DNA of 64,000 nucleotides from Paraspadella gotoi (taxonomy: Eukaryota > Animalia > Chaetognatha), in NCBI GenBank assembly GCA_051294375.1, contig CM119265.1:25862767-25926766 (forward strand), in the 5' to 3' direction. This document shows, in pieces, positions 31,157 to 43,113 of the stretch (the first letter of the stretch is position 1; every line of letters begins with the position of its first letter). The position numbers and the translations under genes were made by a program. The notes below the pieces were generated by a model. That model did no database searches. It had not been told where the DNA came from and saw nothing but the letters and a program-made list of their open reading frames with translations.

Positions 31157-32904
31157 TCAAATCAAAGTGGTCGTCCGCCTGGTGCCCGCGATGGAACCGA
31201 GTGGCGCCAGGTGCTGCCTGGGTGGAGGACCTCGTCTCGCCAGAGGGTGGGGCGGATGACCCGGCGGTGGTAGCTTGACCGGACCGTCGCGCGTCAAAGC
31301 TACGGGACCTCCGTGTTCCAAAAGTTGTTCCGCGTAGAAGACGGCCTGACGAAAGGGAATTGAAAAGGAGATTGATATTTGGGGGTTGATACTTCGGGTT
31401 TTGACTCCGTATCGATCATAACTGCGTCGTGAGTAAACAATAAATCAACCGTATCTAAAGAAAAATTATTAGCATTGAGAAAATTACTTCTTCCCAAAGA
31501 AAGAATTATGTATTGTTTTTATCGCAATAACACTCCATAGCTTGTTCTACGTCAGGTGCAAGATGCCATATTTATTAAATAAATGAACAATTTTTATATT
31601 GGTTGTATACAATTCCATCGTCGAAGAGATGTTCACCCAACCCCTAACTTACCCTCGGCGCCGACGCCGTCTGCGTCCCCACGGATCGAATCGACGGCTT
31701 CGACATCTCGAGTTTCCCGAGACGAGTTGTCGGCGAAAGGAGGCGAAGGCGCTCCAGCCTTTGGGCGTGAGTGAGGTGGGGACGGGAGGGCGGTCTGTCG
31801 GGCGGTCGGTCGGGCGCTCGATCGGTCGGGGCATCAGAACGAAGAGTAGACGTCCGAGTCAAAAGACCAGCGTCCCCGGGTCGGTAGTGGAGGTCCGCCG
31901 AACGACGACGGGGCTGTGGGTAAATCAAATCCCAAAATCAATCTCATCCTTCTGTTGGACTAAAATTTTTGAAGGTTCATTGTCATTGGTTTAAATCGTT
32001 ACGCATTAATTAAAATTAACCCCCTTTCCTTTTCAACAGATCATCGCTCATCACTTCGGGTTTCCTCAAACCCTGAAAGTTACCTTTTTCTTCCTCTCTT
32101 CACCCTCCTCCAACTCGGCTGCGGCATTGAGGATCGCCAAGAGATGCGTCAACATCATCGTCCGTTTCTCTTCCTCCGTCCACATCCCTGCCTTTTCTTT
32201 CCCCAAGAAGACTTGACGCTTCGAACCGGAAGTCGCTTCGGAGGCCGACTCGTCGTCGGCTGTAGAGGCCGACGGCGGGGGACGTCGGCCGGCGGAGTCG
32301 CGTGGAGGATCGATCGATGCGGCGGCGTCGGATTCAATGGAACCGTCGGGGGCAGAGCGTTGGGGCGGGTCTGGCTTTTCGACGGGGGGCGTGATATCTT
32401 CGCCCTGAAGAAATTAAATGATTTTCTGTCGAAGAAAGAAAGAAAGATAGATCGATCTTCGCTCCTACCGCCAAGACCCTCGTCAAAGCCGCCGCGGCTC
32501 CGTTGACGACCTTCTCCAACGCGCGTCGCGTCTCCTTCTCTTCCTCCAACTTTTTCTTCGTCTCCTCCAACTTTTTTTCGAGGGAATTTCGCTGCAACGT
32601 CACCTCTTCCACGTCGTCCCTGATATCGAAAGCATTTCGAAACACATGGAATCTCACTTGGGAGAACCTTCTCTCTCTTTCTTTTCCTCTGTCTAGTATA
32701 ATTTCCATTCTTCTTACTAGTAATTCTATTAGAATTCTTTCTATTTCCATTTTCCTTTTTTAGTTTTCTTTCAATTCTCGTTTTTGTTTTCCTTTCCTTT
32801 CTTTTTTCTTTCCTTCCATTCTCGTTTCTTTCCTTCCATTCTCCTTTCTTTCCTTCCATTCTCCTTTCTTTCCTTCCATTCTCCTTTCTTTTCCTTCCAT
32901 TTTC

Positions 32905-32959
<55 letters not shown>

Positions 32960-35176
32960 AATTTATTTCTTTATTCTCTTAACATCATTAACTTACTTTC
33001 CAGACTCAAAATCCCGCTGCAGCTGCTGCAGTTCCGACTGCATGTCCTGAAAGTCAGCCTCGTGCGCCTCCAGTTCCGCTAGATGAGATTCCATGAGTTG
33101 GCATCGGGTGGACAGCAGCTCTATTACCTTCTGATTGCTGTGGTTTTTCTTGGCGAGATCCTGGACGATTCAACAGTTTCTTTAAAAATATTATGAAACT
33201 TGTTCAACTAATATTTACTCTTTAATTCATAAATATGAAATATTCCCTCGTCTCGAAACAAACCTTCTCGACGTCCTCCTGCAATTGAATCTTCCTCCTC
33301 GCGTCCTTGAGCTTCTTGGCCAAATCGTCGTTCTCCTTGATGAGCTGCGTCGTCTTGTCCGACATCTTCGCCAGTTGGACGTTGATGGCGACGTTCTCCC
33401 TGATCGTCCGCTTGGTCGTGTCCGCCATCTGCTTGTTGGAGACTTTGCGAAACTCGGCCGCCACTTGGTTGACCCGTTGCACCATCTCTTTCTTCAATCT
33501 GGACCGAGAGAGAGGGAAGAAGGGAGGGACAAGTGGAGAAGAGAGAGGGAGAGAAAAGTTGAAGACGGGATAAGATGACGGTGTCAAGAGAGAAAATGGG
33601 ACAGAGAAAGCAAGAAATTCAGAAACGAAAGATGAAAAAAAGGCAAACCAAAAAGCAAAACACCTTCTAATCTTCCGCTAACCTGTCCTTGTCGATGACG
33701 TTCTTCCTCTCGAGCGAGTAGACCGTCTCTTTGAACTGCGTCTCCTTCTTGGCCACCTCGTCCTCCATGTCGGCGAACTTGTTCATCAACGAGTCCTTCT
33801 GCACCTTGAACTCCTCCAGCCCGGCGAGCTTCCCGCCTAGGAGGATGTTCTCCGAGGTAAGGTGCTCTTTCTTCTCTTGGAACTCGGCGCGGACAGAGGT
33901 CAGCTGCGACTCGGCCGATTCCTTCTCCGCCTCCTTGGCCTGTTGGAGGCCGCGGAGACGATCGGTTAAATCCGCCACCTCGTCGTCTGGAAATGTAAGG
34001 AGACAGTGGAGAAGGAGGAGAGAGAGAGAGAGAGAGAGAGTGATCAAGACTTTCCCCCAGCATCAACTCACTCTTCATGTCCAACTGTTTCTTTAAGTAC
34101 TGGACGATGTCCCGTTTGTCAACTTGGAGTTGGTCGTATTGTTTGTGAAACTCCTCGTTGGCCAGTTCGATCTCGTCGCATTTTCGTTGGTATCTGGAAC
34201 GGGATATTATTAATTAATTTTAAAAAATATTTTGTAATATACCCCGTGTCCGTTCGCGAGTTACACCAAAAAAATCTTTACTATACTTTAAATATTTAAT
34301 AAACATAATTCATAAGTATATGATTAGTTGGAGAACTACTTGACGTTTTTATGTATAATTTTCATTTCGTGTTTAATTCATTTACTATTCTTTATTTATT
34401 TTTTTATCTAACACAGTAAAATTGGCAAAAAAACACAATTTTAGGCGTGTTCTTGATTGAATTTTAAAAATATTTTATATCATAAGAAATCCCTATTAAT
34501 GTTCTAATCAATGGCGTATCTAAATTATCGTAAAGTTGAGTAATTTTTGAGTAATGATTTTATATTTATTTTTTTAATTGTAAATCTAAGTTTTCTTTAT
34601 ACAATTCGTTCAATTAAAAAAAAAATGCTGTCCTGAGCATGTTCTTGACTGTTTTGAATAATTATTTTATATCCTAAGGATTCCCAGATAATTCTTAATA
34701 TAATGGTGTAAATGAATTTTAATAATTTTAGGTATTTAATGAGTAATTAATTTAATCTTATGAAATTAAAATATAATAAACGTCAAGTACTTTGCTACAG
34801 AATGAGGAAAAAGAAATTTATAAATATTTATCTAATGAGAAATGGTACGCATTTTTTTGATGTCACTCGCGAACTGACAAGGGGTATTCGCTTCGCTCCA
34901 CCTGGCGAGTCGCTCTTCCAAGTCGCTGATCTGAATGAGAAAGAACTCCTTTGAAAGGGCGCTCAGATTTTCCCCCGCACCTCCGCCGCCGCCGCCGCCG
35001 CCGCCTTTCGCCGACGATGGTCCGCTGCCTCCCTAGAGGAATGAGAGGAAGAAGGCGTTACTGAGGATCGTGACTCATAGATTCAATTTCTGACTTGAAT
35101 CACAGATTCAACACTCTCACTGATTCAAGGGTCTCACCTTGCCCTTCCCGCTTCCCTTCTTTTTCTTCGGCGGCAT
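31157..35176 (-). CDS. CFAP157: Cilia- and flagella-associated protein 157 (coiled-coil), ~638 aa, 10 exons
   Basis: Exons 35176-35138, 35032-34902, 34193-34072, 33986-33683, 33498-33264, 33160-32997, 32619-32469, 32404-32084, 31913-31653, 31345-31157; all GT-AG with consistent phases. Motifs KEFFLIQISDLEERLARYQRK, LTSENILLGGKLAGLEEF, IDKDRLKKEMVQRVNQVAAEF and YRPGDAGLL closely match CFAP157/C9orf117. Confidence 0.93.
34333..34795. mobile_element. MITE-like element in CFAP157 intron 2 with an internal ~190-bp tandem duplication
   Basis: Imperfect TIR tacttgacgtttttatgtataattttcat / atgaaattaaaatataataaacgtcaagta. Internal repeat starting gcgtgttcttga (~34445) and gcatgttcttga (~34637). Confidence 0.6.
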
Positions 35177-36036
35177 GATGAACCGTCAAAAAGGCCGAGG
35201 GCAGCTGAAGGGCAAGCTACTTTGTATTTGGAGCGTAGTATTTGCCTTGCTTTTTTATTGTTATCTTAACGACACTGGCAATCGGCAAATACCTAAAACG
35301 AAAGAAGGTACATTGAAAGAGGTACAAAAGTGATTTTAATAATTAGTTTAATAATTTTATTTTTATGAAGTTAATTTATTATTAATTTAATGATTAATAA
35401 TTCTAATTAGAGAAACTTACCCATCGTTTGGCTACTATTCGTGGCAAAAGTTGCGATCGGAAAATCTATTTAAAGGAAATCGAGGAAAAATAAAGTAAAT
35501 TTTGTACGTAAGTCAACGGATTATAATAACGGAAAGCTAAGGCTCACCTGAACATAGAACCATTTCCTCTATAAATAGAGTATTTCACATTTTTCGAGCA
35601 CATGTAACATAGTAATAAGGTATTATTCGCGGCAAAAACTACAGAAAACAAAACCTTTTCGGCTGAGGGTAGTTTGAAAGTTTCTTAGATACCGCGATGC
35701 GCAATCCTTATCAACCGACTTTTGTTTGCAAATCATCCTTGAATCTTCGGTAGAGGGATAAGATAAAAACTTTTTTATTATTATTATTACTAATACTAAT
35801 ACAGAATTACATACTAAATACCGATCATTATTTTTTTCGTCGAAATTATTATTTAAAAAAAAACAAGGGCAATTCAATTCTTAGTCGCGGAGAGTTTTCG
35901 TGTTTAAGTAGGGGTTGCCGTACTCTATGGGGTGACTGGTGAGTCAAAAATTTAGAGTGAGTACATGCTCAAACAAAAATTTATACATTTTCAAGTATAC
36001 TTTCAATGGACAAAAAATTTCTTATATGGCTCTATA

Positions 36037-37185
36037 CAAAAAAAGTGCCATCTCTGAAACCTATAAAATCTTAAAGTATACCCATGAGACACTTAATGTG
36101 GTAGGTCAGTAAAATTCGATAAAGGCAGGATTTTTTTTAAATGCTGATTAGAATTTGTTTATAAAAATTTTTAAATACTTTAGTGAGTATGCTTACAATT
36201 TGAATGTTTATATGTTTATCAATATTTACAAAGTATAAGCTTTAATTTAAAACCTCTCCCAACTTTCTATTACTTTTCATTATTGAAATATAAATAAAAT
36301 TCTTTTTTTCAAAAAGATTAATCAATTAGTACCTTTGAACAGATTATTTTTTAAAAATAATAATACAAATATTTTCAAAATGCAGTTTTACTTATTAGGC
36401 TTCAAAATAAGTTTTTTTTTAAATTAATAATATTTTTAATATAAAAAATTTTAAAAATTAAAAAAATATTTAAAAAAATATTAAAATATACTCTAATTAA
36501 ATATTAAAAGTTAAAGCATTATGTTTGTTAATATTTTTATACATTAATAATATATATCAAATATTCAGTGAGCTATTATTATAATATAATTTTATAAATA
36601 ATTTTTTTTTGATAAGTAATAAAACATATAATTACTTTTAAAAGCTGGATATGATTTTGAATTAAAGTGCTCAGCTAATATTTATCTGTTATTTTATTTG
36701 AGATTAAGTTTTAATTAAATATCACATTTAAAAAAAAAATAAAATTAATTATTTGTATTATTTTTTTATATTATATATATTCATTTTTTTAGAAATTTGT
36801 TTTAAGGCCTAATAAGTAGAACTGCATTTTGCGAATATATTTGTACTTTTATTTTTAAGAAATAATCTGTTTGAAAGAACTGATTGATTAATAATTTTGA
36901 AAAAAAAATCTAATTTTTACTTATAAATCAATAACGAAAAGTAATAGAAAGTTGGGAGAGGTCTCAAATTAAAGCTTATGCTCTGTAAATAATGATAGAT
37001 GTATAGACATTAAAATTGTAAGCATATTCACTTAACTACTTAAAAATTGTTATAAAAAATTTTTAAAAACTTTAATTAGCATTTAAAAAAAAACCTGCCT
37101 TTATCAAATTTTACTGACCTACTACATTAAGTATCTCATGGGTGTACTTTAAGATTTTATAGGTTTCAGAGATGGCACTTTTTTG
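36037..37185. mobile_element. ~1.15-kb foldback element with ~380-bp inverted arms, inserted in the AT-rich repeat
   Basis: aaaaaagtgccatctctgaaacctataaaatcttaaagta... at the left end is the reverse complement of ...tactttaagattttataggtttcagagatggcactttttt at the right end. Arms ~36037-36420 and ~36790-37185. Confidence 0.88.
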
Positions 37186-37280
37186 TTTCTTTCATATCCT
37201 CTCTGCCCTACCGTGTATAGATAGGAAGGGCCAAAAATTTTTTTAGAAATGTAAAATTTTAAGACCAGATTTAGAAAGCT

Positions 37281-37557
37281 TGTAGTGATGGACACAACTT
37301 CCTTTCATCAGCGCCGTAATATCGCACTGGGTTAATGCTTTATCTCTGAGCCCAATGGTCACGGATTTTAGCCCTGTTTGGAACAGTCCTTGCAAAAAGA
37401 GTGACAGGCCGTTTAAACCACCGGTAGCAACCCTACTATACCGCCGGATCCGAAGTTCCGGAATGAAGGTAACTGACGAAAAAATCTGTCAGACCCACTG
37501 TGGGGGTTATCCACATTCAGAGAGGCATAGCGACCCTCTCCCCTATCGGTCACTTCA
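37281..37557 (+). mobile_element. 277-bp TG...CA solo-LTR-like element with degenerate tRNA-like segment, TSD AGCT
   Basis: agct|TGTAGTGA...TCACTTCA|agct interrupts the host repeat. Degenerate A box (tatcgcactgg) and B box (ggattttagccc). Confidence 0.7.
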
Positions 37558-38447
37558 AGCTGTAAAAAATTTGTTTCTACAAAGTACAATTCTTTTTAAA
37601 TATTTTAAATTTTTTATGGTAAGTAGTTTAAAAATAAAAAAAACTGTAAAAAAATCATCATCATTATCTTTCAATAATTTTATCATTTTTTTTAGATTTT
37701 TACTGAGAGAACGTAAAAATTTTTAAAAGCTGTAATTATATTTCTTGTCTAACTTTTTATGCTCTATTATTCTCTATATAGTAATATAATAATTTTAATT
37801 AGGCAAGTACCCTCAGAAGAAAGCATTTTTGACAAAAAAATATTTTAATACTATAATCTATGCTAATGATAGATTATTTTAACGCTGGACAGTGGACATT
37901 AGCATTTAATTTTCATCGGCAATGGCTAGTTTAAGTCACTTTTTAATCGCTCGGTCTCTTGGTCTGTCCCACTAAAATATTTATATTAAAACTTGGTAAA
38001 AAGGTTACAAGTTATGTAACAAAATATACTCAAATAAAAATTATGATAAATAAATGAATATGATTACTTGACCAAAAATTTTATATAATACATTTATAGA
38101 TTTATATTTTTATTATAATATATTATAGATTTATTTTATTATTTATTACTTGGCAGAAAGGTTTGAAAAATCATGTGACACAATTTGTATGATGAAATGT
38201 TAAATTCACTTAAAAAAAGTAAATAGGAATTAAACCATTAATCCATTATGGGTAACTTTACTATTCGACGTCCGGTCGGTGCTATATTAATCCATTTAAT
38301 TTTGTTTTCCCTCTAGCGTAGAGTCTCAGTTTGCGCAATAATATACATTATTTTTTGTTCAGTAATACAAATTTTATAATTTTATAATAAATAACAATTG
38401 TTTTAAATTTATTTTAATTGCTATTTTTATGTTTCAGGTAGAAGATG

Positions 38448-38716
38448 AATTGTTTGTTTACGTACCAGTTTTATAAAGAAACAAATTTTGGACATGTTTC
38501 AGCTTCAATGTAAGCCTTCATCAGCGCAAAAACGAAATGATTTGTGAAACAAATATTTTTACTGACTCTTTCTCTCTTTTTCTCTCTCTTCAAACTTTTC
38601 ACAAAGTCTGTGAAAATATTTTTTTTACAAATTTATATCGTTTTTGCTCTGATTGAAGCCGAAAAATGTCCAAAATTTACGTTTCTTAATAAAATTCGTT
38701 GAATGTAAACAAACAA
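38448..38716. repeat. Inverted repeat (arms ~38448-38562 and ~38610-38716) carrying the hammerhead; PLE pseudo-LTR-like
   Basis: The right arm matches the reverse complement of the left arm except for a ~12-bp deletion in the ribozyme core (ctgattgaagccgaaaaatgtc). Confidence 0.8.
38485..38532 (-). ncRNA. Minimal type I hammerhead ribozyme (Penelope-like element type)
   Basis: Minus strand ttttgcg CTGATGA aggcttacattgaagct GAAA catGTC caaaa contains the core boxes, a stem II (gctt/aagc), a palindromic CATG in helix III and a GUC cleavage triplet; stem I is imperfect. Confidence 0.7.
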
Positions 38717-39016
38717 AAAAACAATATTTTTCTGTTATATATTTTAAACGGTTTTCAATTGGAATAAGGTTGGTTTGGGATTAGGGGTGGTTAGGGTTAG
38801 AGGTGGTTAAGAATTTATAATATAAAGTTTTTTTCCCTTACCAGTGTCTTTTTCTTATTTTTACGTAGAAAGATTTCTATACACGTCGCTCATAAGAAGC
38901 AAAAAAAAATAACCGACCGCAAAATCCCGGTCAGCGAATGTAAAAATAAGTCAATAAAAGTAAAAGAATTAGGCAAAAGCCTAACTTCTGTATTTGATAT
39001 GTAACGGGTTTAAAAT

Positions 39017-40357
39017 TTACAATGAAGCTACAATTTTTGAGATAATAAATTCTACAATATGACCCAGCCAGCGACCCAATACCAACCCAGTGCCGGACAA
39101 CTTAAGAGCTAATCCAGGATTAAATCCATTCTCATAGCAACTGTACGAAATATATTCGAAAATAAGTGGTGCAAAAAAACCATCACTAAAACCTAACATA
39201 AATGCTATCACACCATTTACTGAGTCGTTGTAAAAATAAATAGCTATTTGTCTTATTTTCGGTCGGTAGTTGCAATAGATAAGAATAGGGATCAATACAA
39301 CTCTAAAACAAACAGGTATCCAAACTATTTTTGGACTAGTCTTCACTTTAAGGGTAAGCAGGCTTCCTAACAGCAGCGAAACGCCACCATTCAATTTTAT
39401 GACAAGGTCTATGTACAACTTGGGGAAGTTACACATAATTAGAGGCTCTATAGCTTTTTGAATATTGAAACAGCAAGACGATACGAAAGCCAACATCAGC
39501 AATGACAATTGTAAGTGTAATGTTTCCACAAAAATATCCTTTATTTGTGTTTTCTTTTTAGTGTTATCCAAAGTTGGAAATATTTTTATGCGGTGGTAAT
39601 ATCGGTAATTTCGGTTAAATGTTAGAGAGGAATAGCCAACCCAACAAACGCAATTTATAATCACATTTGCTAAACAGGACGCTAATGCCCATGATCTCAA
39701 TTCAAAAATATTATACTTCTGTTGATAACCCACGTTTAATTTTGATAATATTGTAACTAAAGATGCAATGATAAGACTTATTGCAAAACCAATAAAAACC
39801 GCAACTTCATTTCCTGGAAAATTCCCAACAAAATCGAAGATAATTAATGTCAAGAAGGTTTCAAGAGCCCGCACGCATGAAACGCAGAGGACAAGGATCC
39901 AAAAGGCCGATTCTGGCCAAGTACGACTGTCGCTAACGGTGACGATACAAAAGACCAAGTTCATAAAAACAATAACCGCCTGTGTATATACAATCTTGTG
40001 GTGAATATTTTTATTGTATACGGCCAAGAGGCAGATTAAGCTCGAAATTATTTCAGCCGCGGCGACCATCACACTCAAGAGAAGCTGGTAATGGTGGAAA
40101 TAAAAATTCAATCTCGAAGCATCCCGCGTCACATTGAGCACGGCCCCAGAAATGTGTTTCTGCAATCTTATCGCTTCCGGCATTGAAAACATAAAAAGGA
40201 TGCCCGAGGTACAACTTCCCACGATAGCGATAATAATAGAAAAACATGTAAAGTTGAAGATATTCCTCTTCTCCAAAGACTCTTTCTTATCTCCAATCGT
40301 GTTTTTCCGCGCCAAGGCCAAACTCGCAGCCGAAGAATGGCTGCTTAAGACCTCCAT
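39017..40357 (-). CDS. Divergent equilibrative nucleoside transporter (SLC29/ENT family), 446 aa, single exon
   Basis: Uninterrupted ORF with about 11 hydrophobic segments. C-terminal RVVLIPILIYCNYRP..IYFYND..MLGFSDGF..GLVLG resembles the ENT motif RxxFIPLFLLCN..F..D..FAFSNGY..GLxxG. Confidence 0.8.
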   Translation of the reverse strand: MEVLSSHSSAASLALARKNTIGDKKESLEKRNIFNFTCFSIIIAIVGSCTSGILFMFSMPEAIRLQKHISGAVLNVTRDASRLNFYFHHYQLLLSVMVAAAEIISSLICLLAVYNKNIHHKIVYTQAVIVFMNLVFCIVTVSDSRTWPESAFWILVLCVSCVRALETFLTLIIFDFVGNFPGNEVAVFIGFAISLIIASLVTILSKLNVGYQQKYNIFELRSWALASCLANVIINCVCWVGYSSLTFNRNYRYYHRIKIFPTLDNTKKKTQIKDIFVETLHLQLSLLMLAFVSSCCFNIQKAIEPLIMCNFPKLYIDLVIKLNGGVSLLLGSLLTLKVKTSPKIVWIPVCFRVVLIPILIYCNYRPKIRQIAIYFYNDSVNGVIAFMLGFSDGFFAPLIFEYISYSCYENGFNPGLALKLSGTGLVLGRWLGHIVEFIISKIVASL

Positions 40358-42152
40358 GAGTTTTAAATTCAGACGATCGTAACTTCGTGTTCAAAGGCTC
40401 ATTACTTACTACTCCGGGATTTCAAATACAGCGATACTAGCTAAAAGGTGAAACAAAAGTAAGACATCTCGCTGAGAAATTTGACTGATTTTAAAATGAA
40501 TTAGTAGAGGTGGAAATTCAAAGTTTAATCTGGGCCGACTTCATTCATCCAAGTGACAATGACTTAGCGGACCGTCTCCATCTCAACAGTTTCGAGTTAA
40601 ATCTCGACGACCTCCCGCTAGTCCAGCTAAGAGATTCCATAACCGTTAAAAATTAACCGTTAATAACGGTAAAATTTTTTTAAACTTAACCGTTAATTTT
40701 TTTATTTTAACTAGCGGTAGCCGACCAAATTCAAATTTTAATGGGAACAGCATTAAACTAATCCATTATTGGTATTAATTATTGTGTTAAAATATTTTTT
40801 TGCAAAAATGTTCCGAACCATTCGCTAATTAATATTATTATATTGCTGTATAATGTCAAAAATTTTTTTTTGATATTTTAAGTTTTTTTAATTGATTCTG
40901 ATAGAGCTTAAAAAGTTAAGCAAAAAATATAATTACAACTTTTTAGGATTTTGATGTTTTATTACTAAAAATTAGTAAAAACTGCTAAAATCATCGGATG
41001 ATGATGATGATGATTTGTTAAGGTTTTTCTCAATTTTAACCCACTTATCATCAAAATATTGAAAAAAGAATTATACTTTGCGTAGATAACATTTCATAAG
41101 TAGGGGGAACCTAACTCAGTAAGGTGGTTAAGAAATTTGAATTAAGCACCTGCTCAAACGAAAATTTAATCATTTTTAAAAAAAATTGAATAGACAAAAA
41201 ATTTTAATGTTATTCCATACTCCATATATTAATTTTTTAATATTTATTTATAAATAGGAAAGGCTAAAATTTTTTTTAGGATTTTATGATTTTTAAGATC
41301 CGATTCAGGTAGCTTGCAAAAAGTTGTTTACACAAAGTATAATTCTTTTTTTGATATTTTGATCATAAGTGGGTGAAAAATATGAAAAACTATTTATAAT
41401 AATCATCATCATCATCTTTCGATAATTTTATTACTTTTTCTTAATTTTGACCTAGAAAACATAAAAATTTTTGAAAGTAGTAGTTATATTTTTTATTTAA
41501 CTTTTTATGCTCTATCAGAATCCAACAAAAAAGTTAAGATTGATTAAAAAATTTTTTTATCATTATATAATAATATTGTAATTTTGATAACAACAATAAA
41601 AGCATTAAAATCAAACATTTTTTAAAAAATTCTTTTTTTACCTGAAAGTAGACTTCAAGACTAAAGTTTTGAACCCCCGCCCCTATTGAATTTAATTTCA
41701 TAGTAGATTTCTATCATAAGCTATTTGAATCTGCTTTTAAAAATAAAAAATTCAAAAAAATTTTTTTGACATTTCCTATCTATAAATAAATATTAAAAAA
41801 ATAATTACTAATGCTTCTTGCCATTTTAGAAAATTTTGCTCCATTGAAAGTTTTCTCAGAAATGTATGAAGTTTCATTCCCAAATTAAACTTATGACCCA
41901 CCCCATTATGTTTCGCCTCTGTTATTTTCTGTCCTTTTCACTCCTATTTTTTGACCGTACTTAAGTTATCCTCACGCGTTCGGCCAAATTATTTACTTGG
42001 TATTTCGTCGGTCTTTTGTCATTCTTTTGTCGATCTCCAAGTAGTAATTTGGCGAAACTCATGACTTTCAAAAAGTAGCATCGCCCGTCCTGAACTCGAG
42101 TTTTACGGGATTTTGATATAATATAAAATACAAGATTCTAAATCTTCATCTC

Positions 42153-43113
42153 TACCGTGAAGGAAAAAGAAAGTGTCGCGGTTACTTTCCAGTTATTTTT
42201 TGGCATTTTAATGTAAGAATCGAAAAATAAAATTTAGATATTAAAAAACTTTGGCCTTTTGTGATTCATATAAGCTGTATCTCATTTATGTATGACAAAA
42301 AATACAGGAGTTCCATGTAAAAGAAAATACGTTGTCCAAAAAAATGCTTCCTTCATTTTTATCTTTTTTATATCTATACTTTTTATTTATACTCATTTCT
42401 GGTTCTTTTTTATTACTTTTTGAGTTTAACCAATACTATTAAAAATCCCTGCGTTTTCTCAATCTCATGTCAAATGGTTATTGCATTATCTCCATATGAA
42501 TTAAGATTCATCCCTGAATCTATCCTAATGTCAAAAAAAGAGCAATATTAAAAATACATTGATGCTGTAAATATTACAGAATATTATTTTTAAATTATAA
42601 AGTATCAATAAAAGTTATAAGGTTCCGGGTAACCTTTCTGTAAGCAAAGTTATCATTTTTATTTACGTTTGGATGTATTATCAGAAACAAGTATCAACAA
42701 GTCCTAAAATAAAAAAATAAAGATTTTGTTGAAGTGAAAGACAATGAATTATCACATTATGCAGAAACAACTCAAGCCTGGTTTACTTTAAAGAAAATCA
42801 ATCTTTTTCACTGCTTGCTAAGGACCATTTTTTGCCCCAAATCTGATAAAAAATATCATGTCAGAGATATAATTTTAATAATAATATGAATAGTTCTCTT
42901 AATCAAAAAGAAGTGAAAACAGTTAGAGACAACCTCTTTTGGAAGTATTTGAATTCATTGAATAATTTAATGCTGTTGAAAAATAATCCTTTTATTCAAT
43001 CTTAAGGAGGTCATATTTCCTATTAAAACTTATTTATTAGCCAAAAAAATATATTTGACAATAAAATTAACTGGCTTTTCCAAACCGCGACACTTTTTTT
43101 TCCCATCATGGTA
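42153..43113 (-). mobile_element. Decayed DNA transposon with ~30-bp TIRs and transposase remnants (Sola-like motifs)
   Basis: TIR taccgtgaaggaaaaagaaagtgtcgcgg / ccgcgacacttttttttcccatcatggta. Minus-strand remnants LSDLGQKM and, with one frameshift, LILVSDNTSNVNKN, resembling the SDNxxxQNKN motif. Confidence 0.6.

Noticed and set aside
35421-35470. ATGG|GTAAGT upstream of CFAP157 as an alternative first coding exon
   Set aside because: Splicing to the nearest acceptor puts it out of frame with CFAP157; at most a 5' UTR exon or uORF, unsupported without RNA data.
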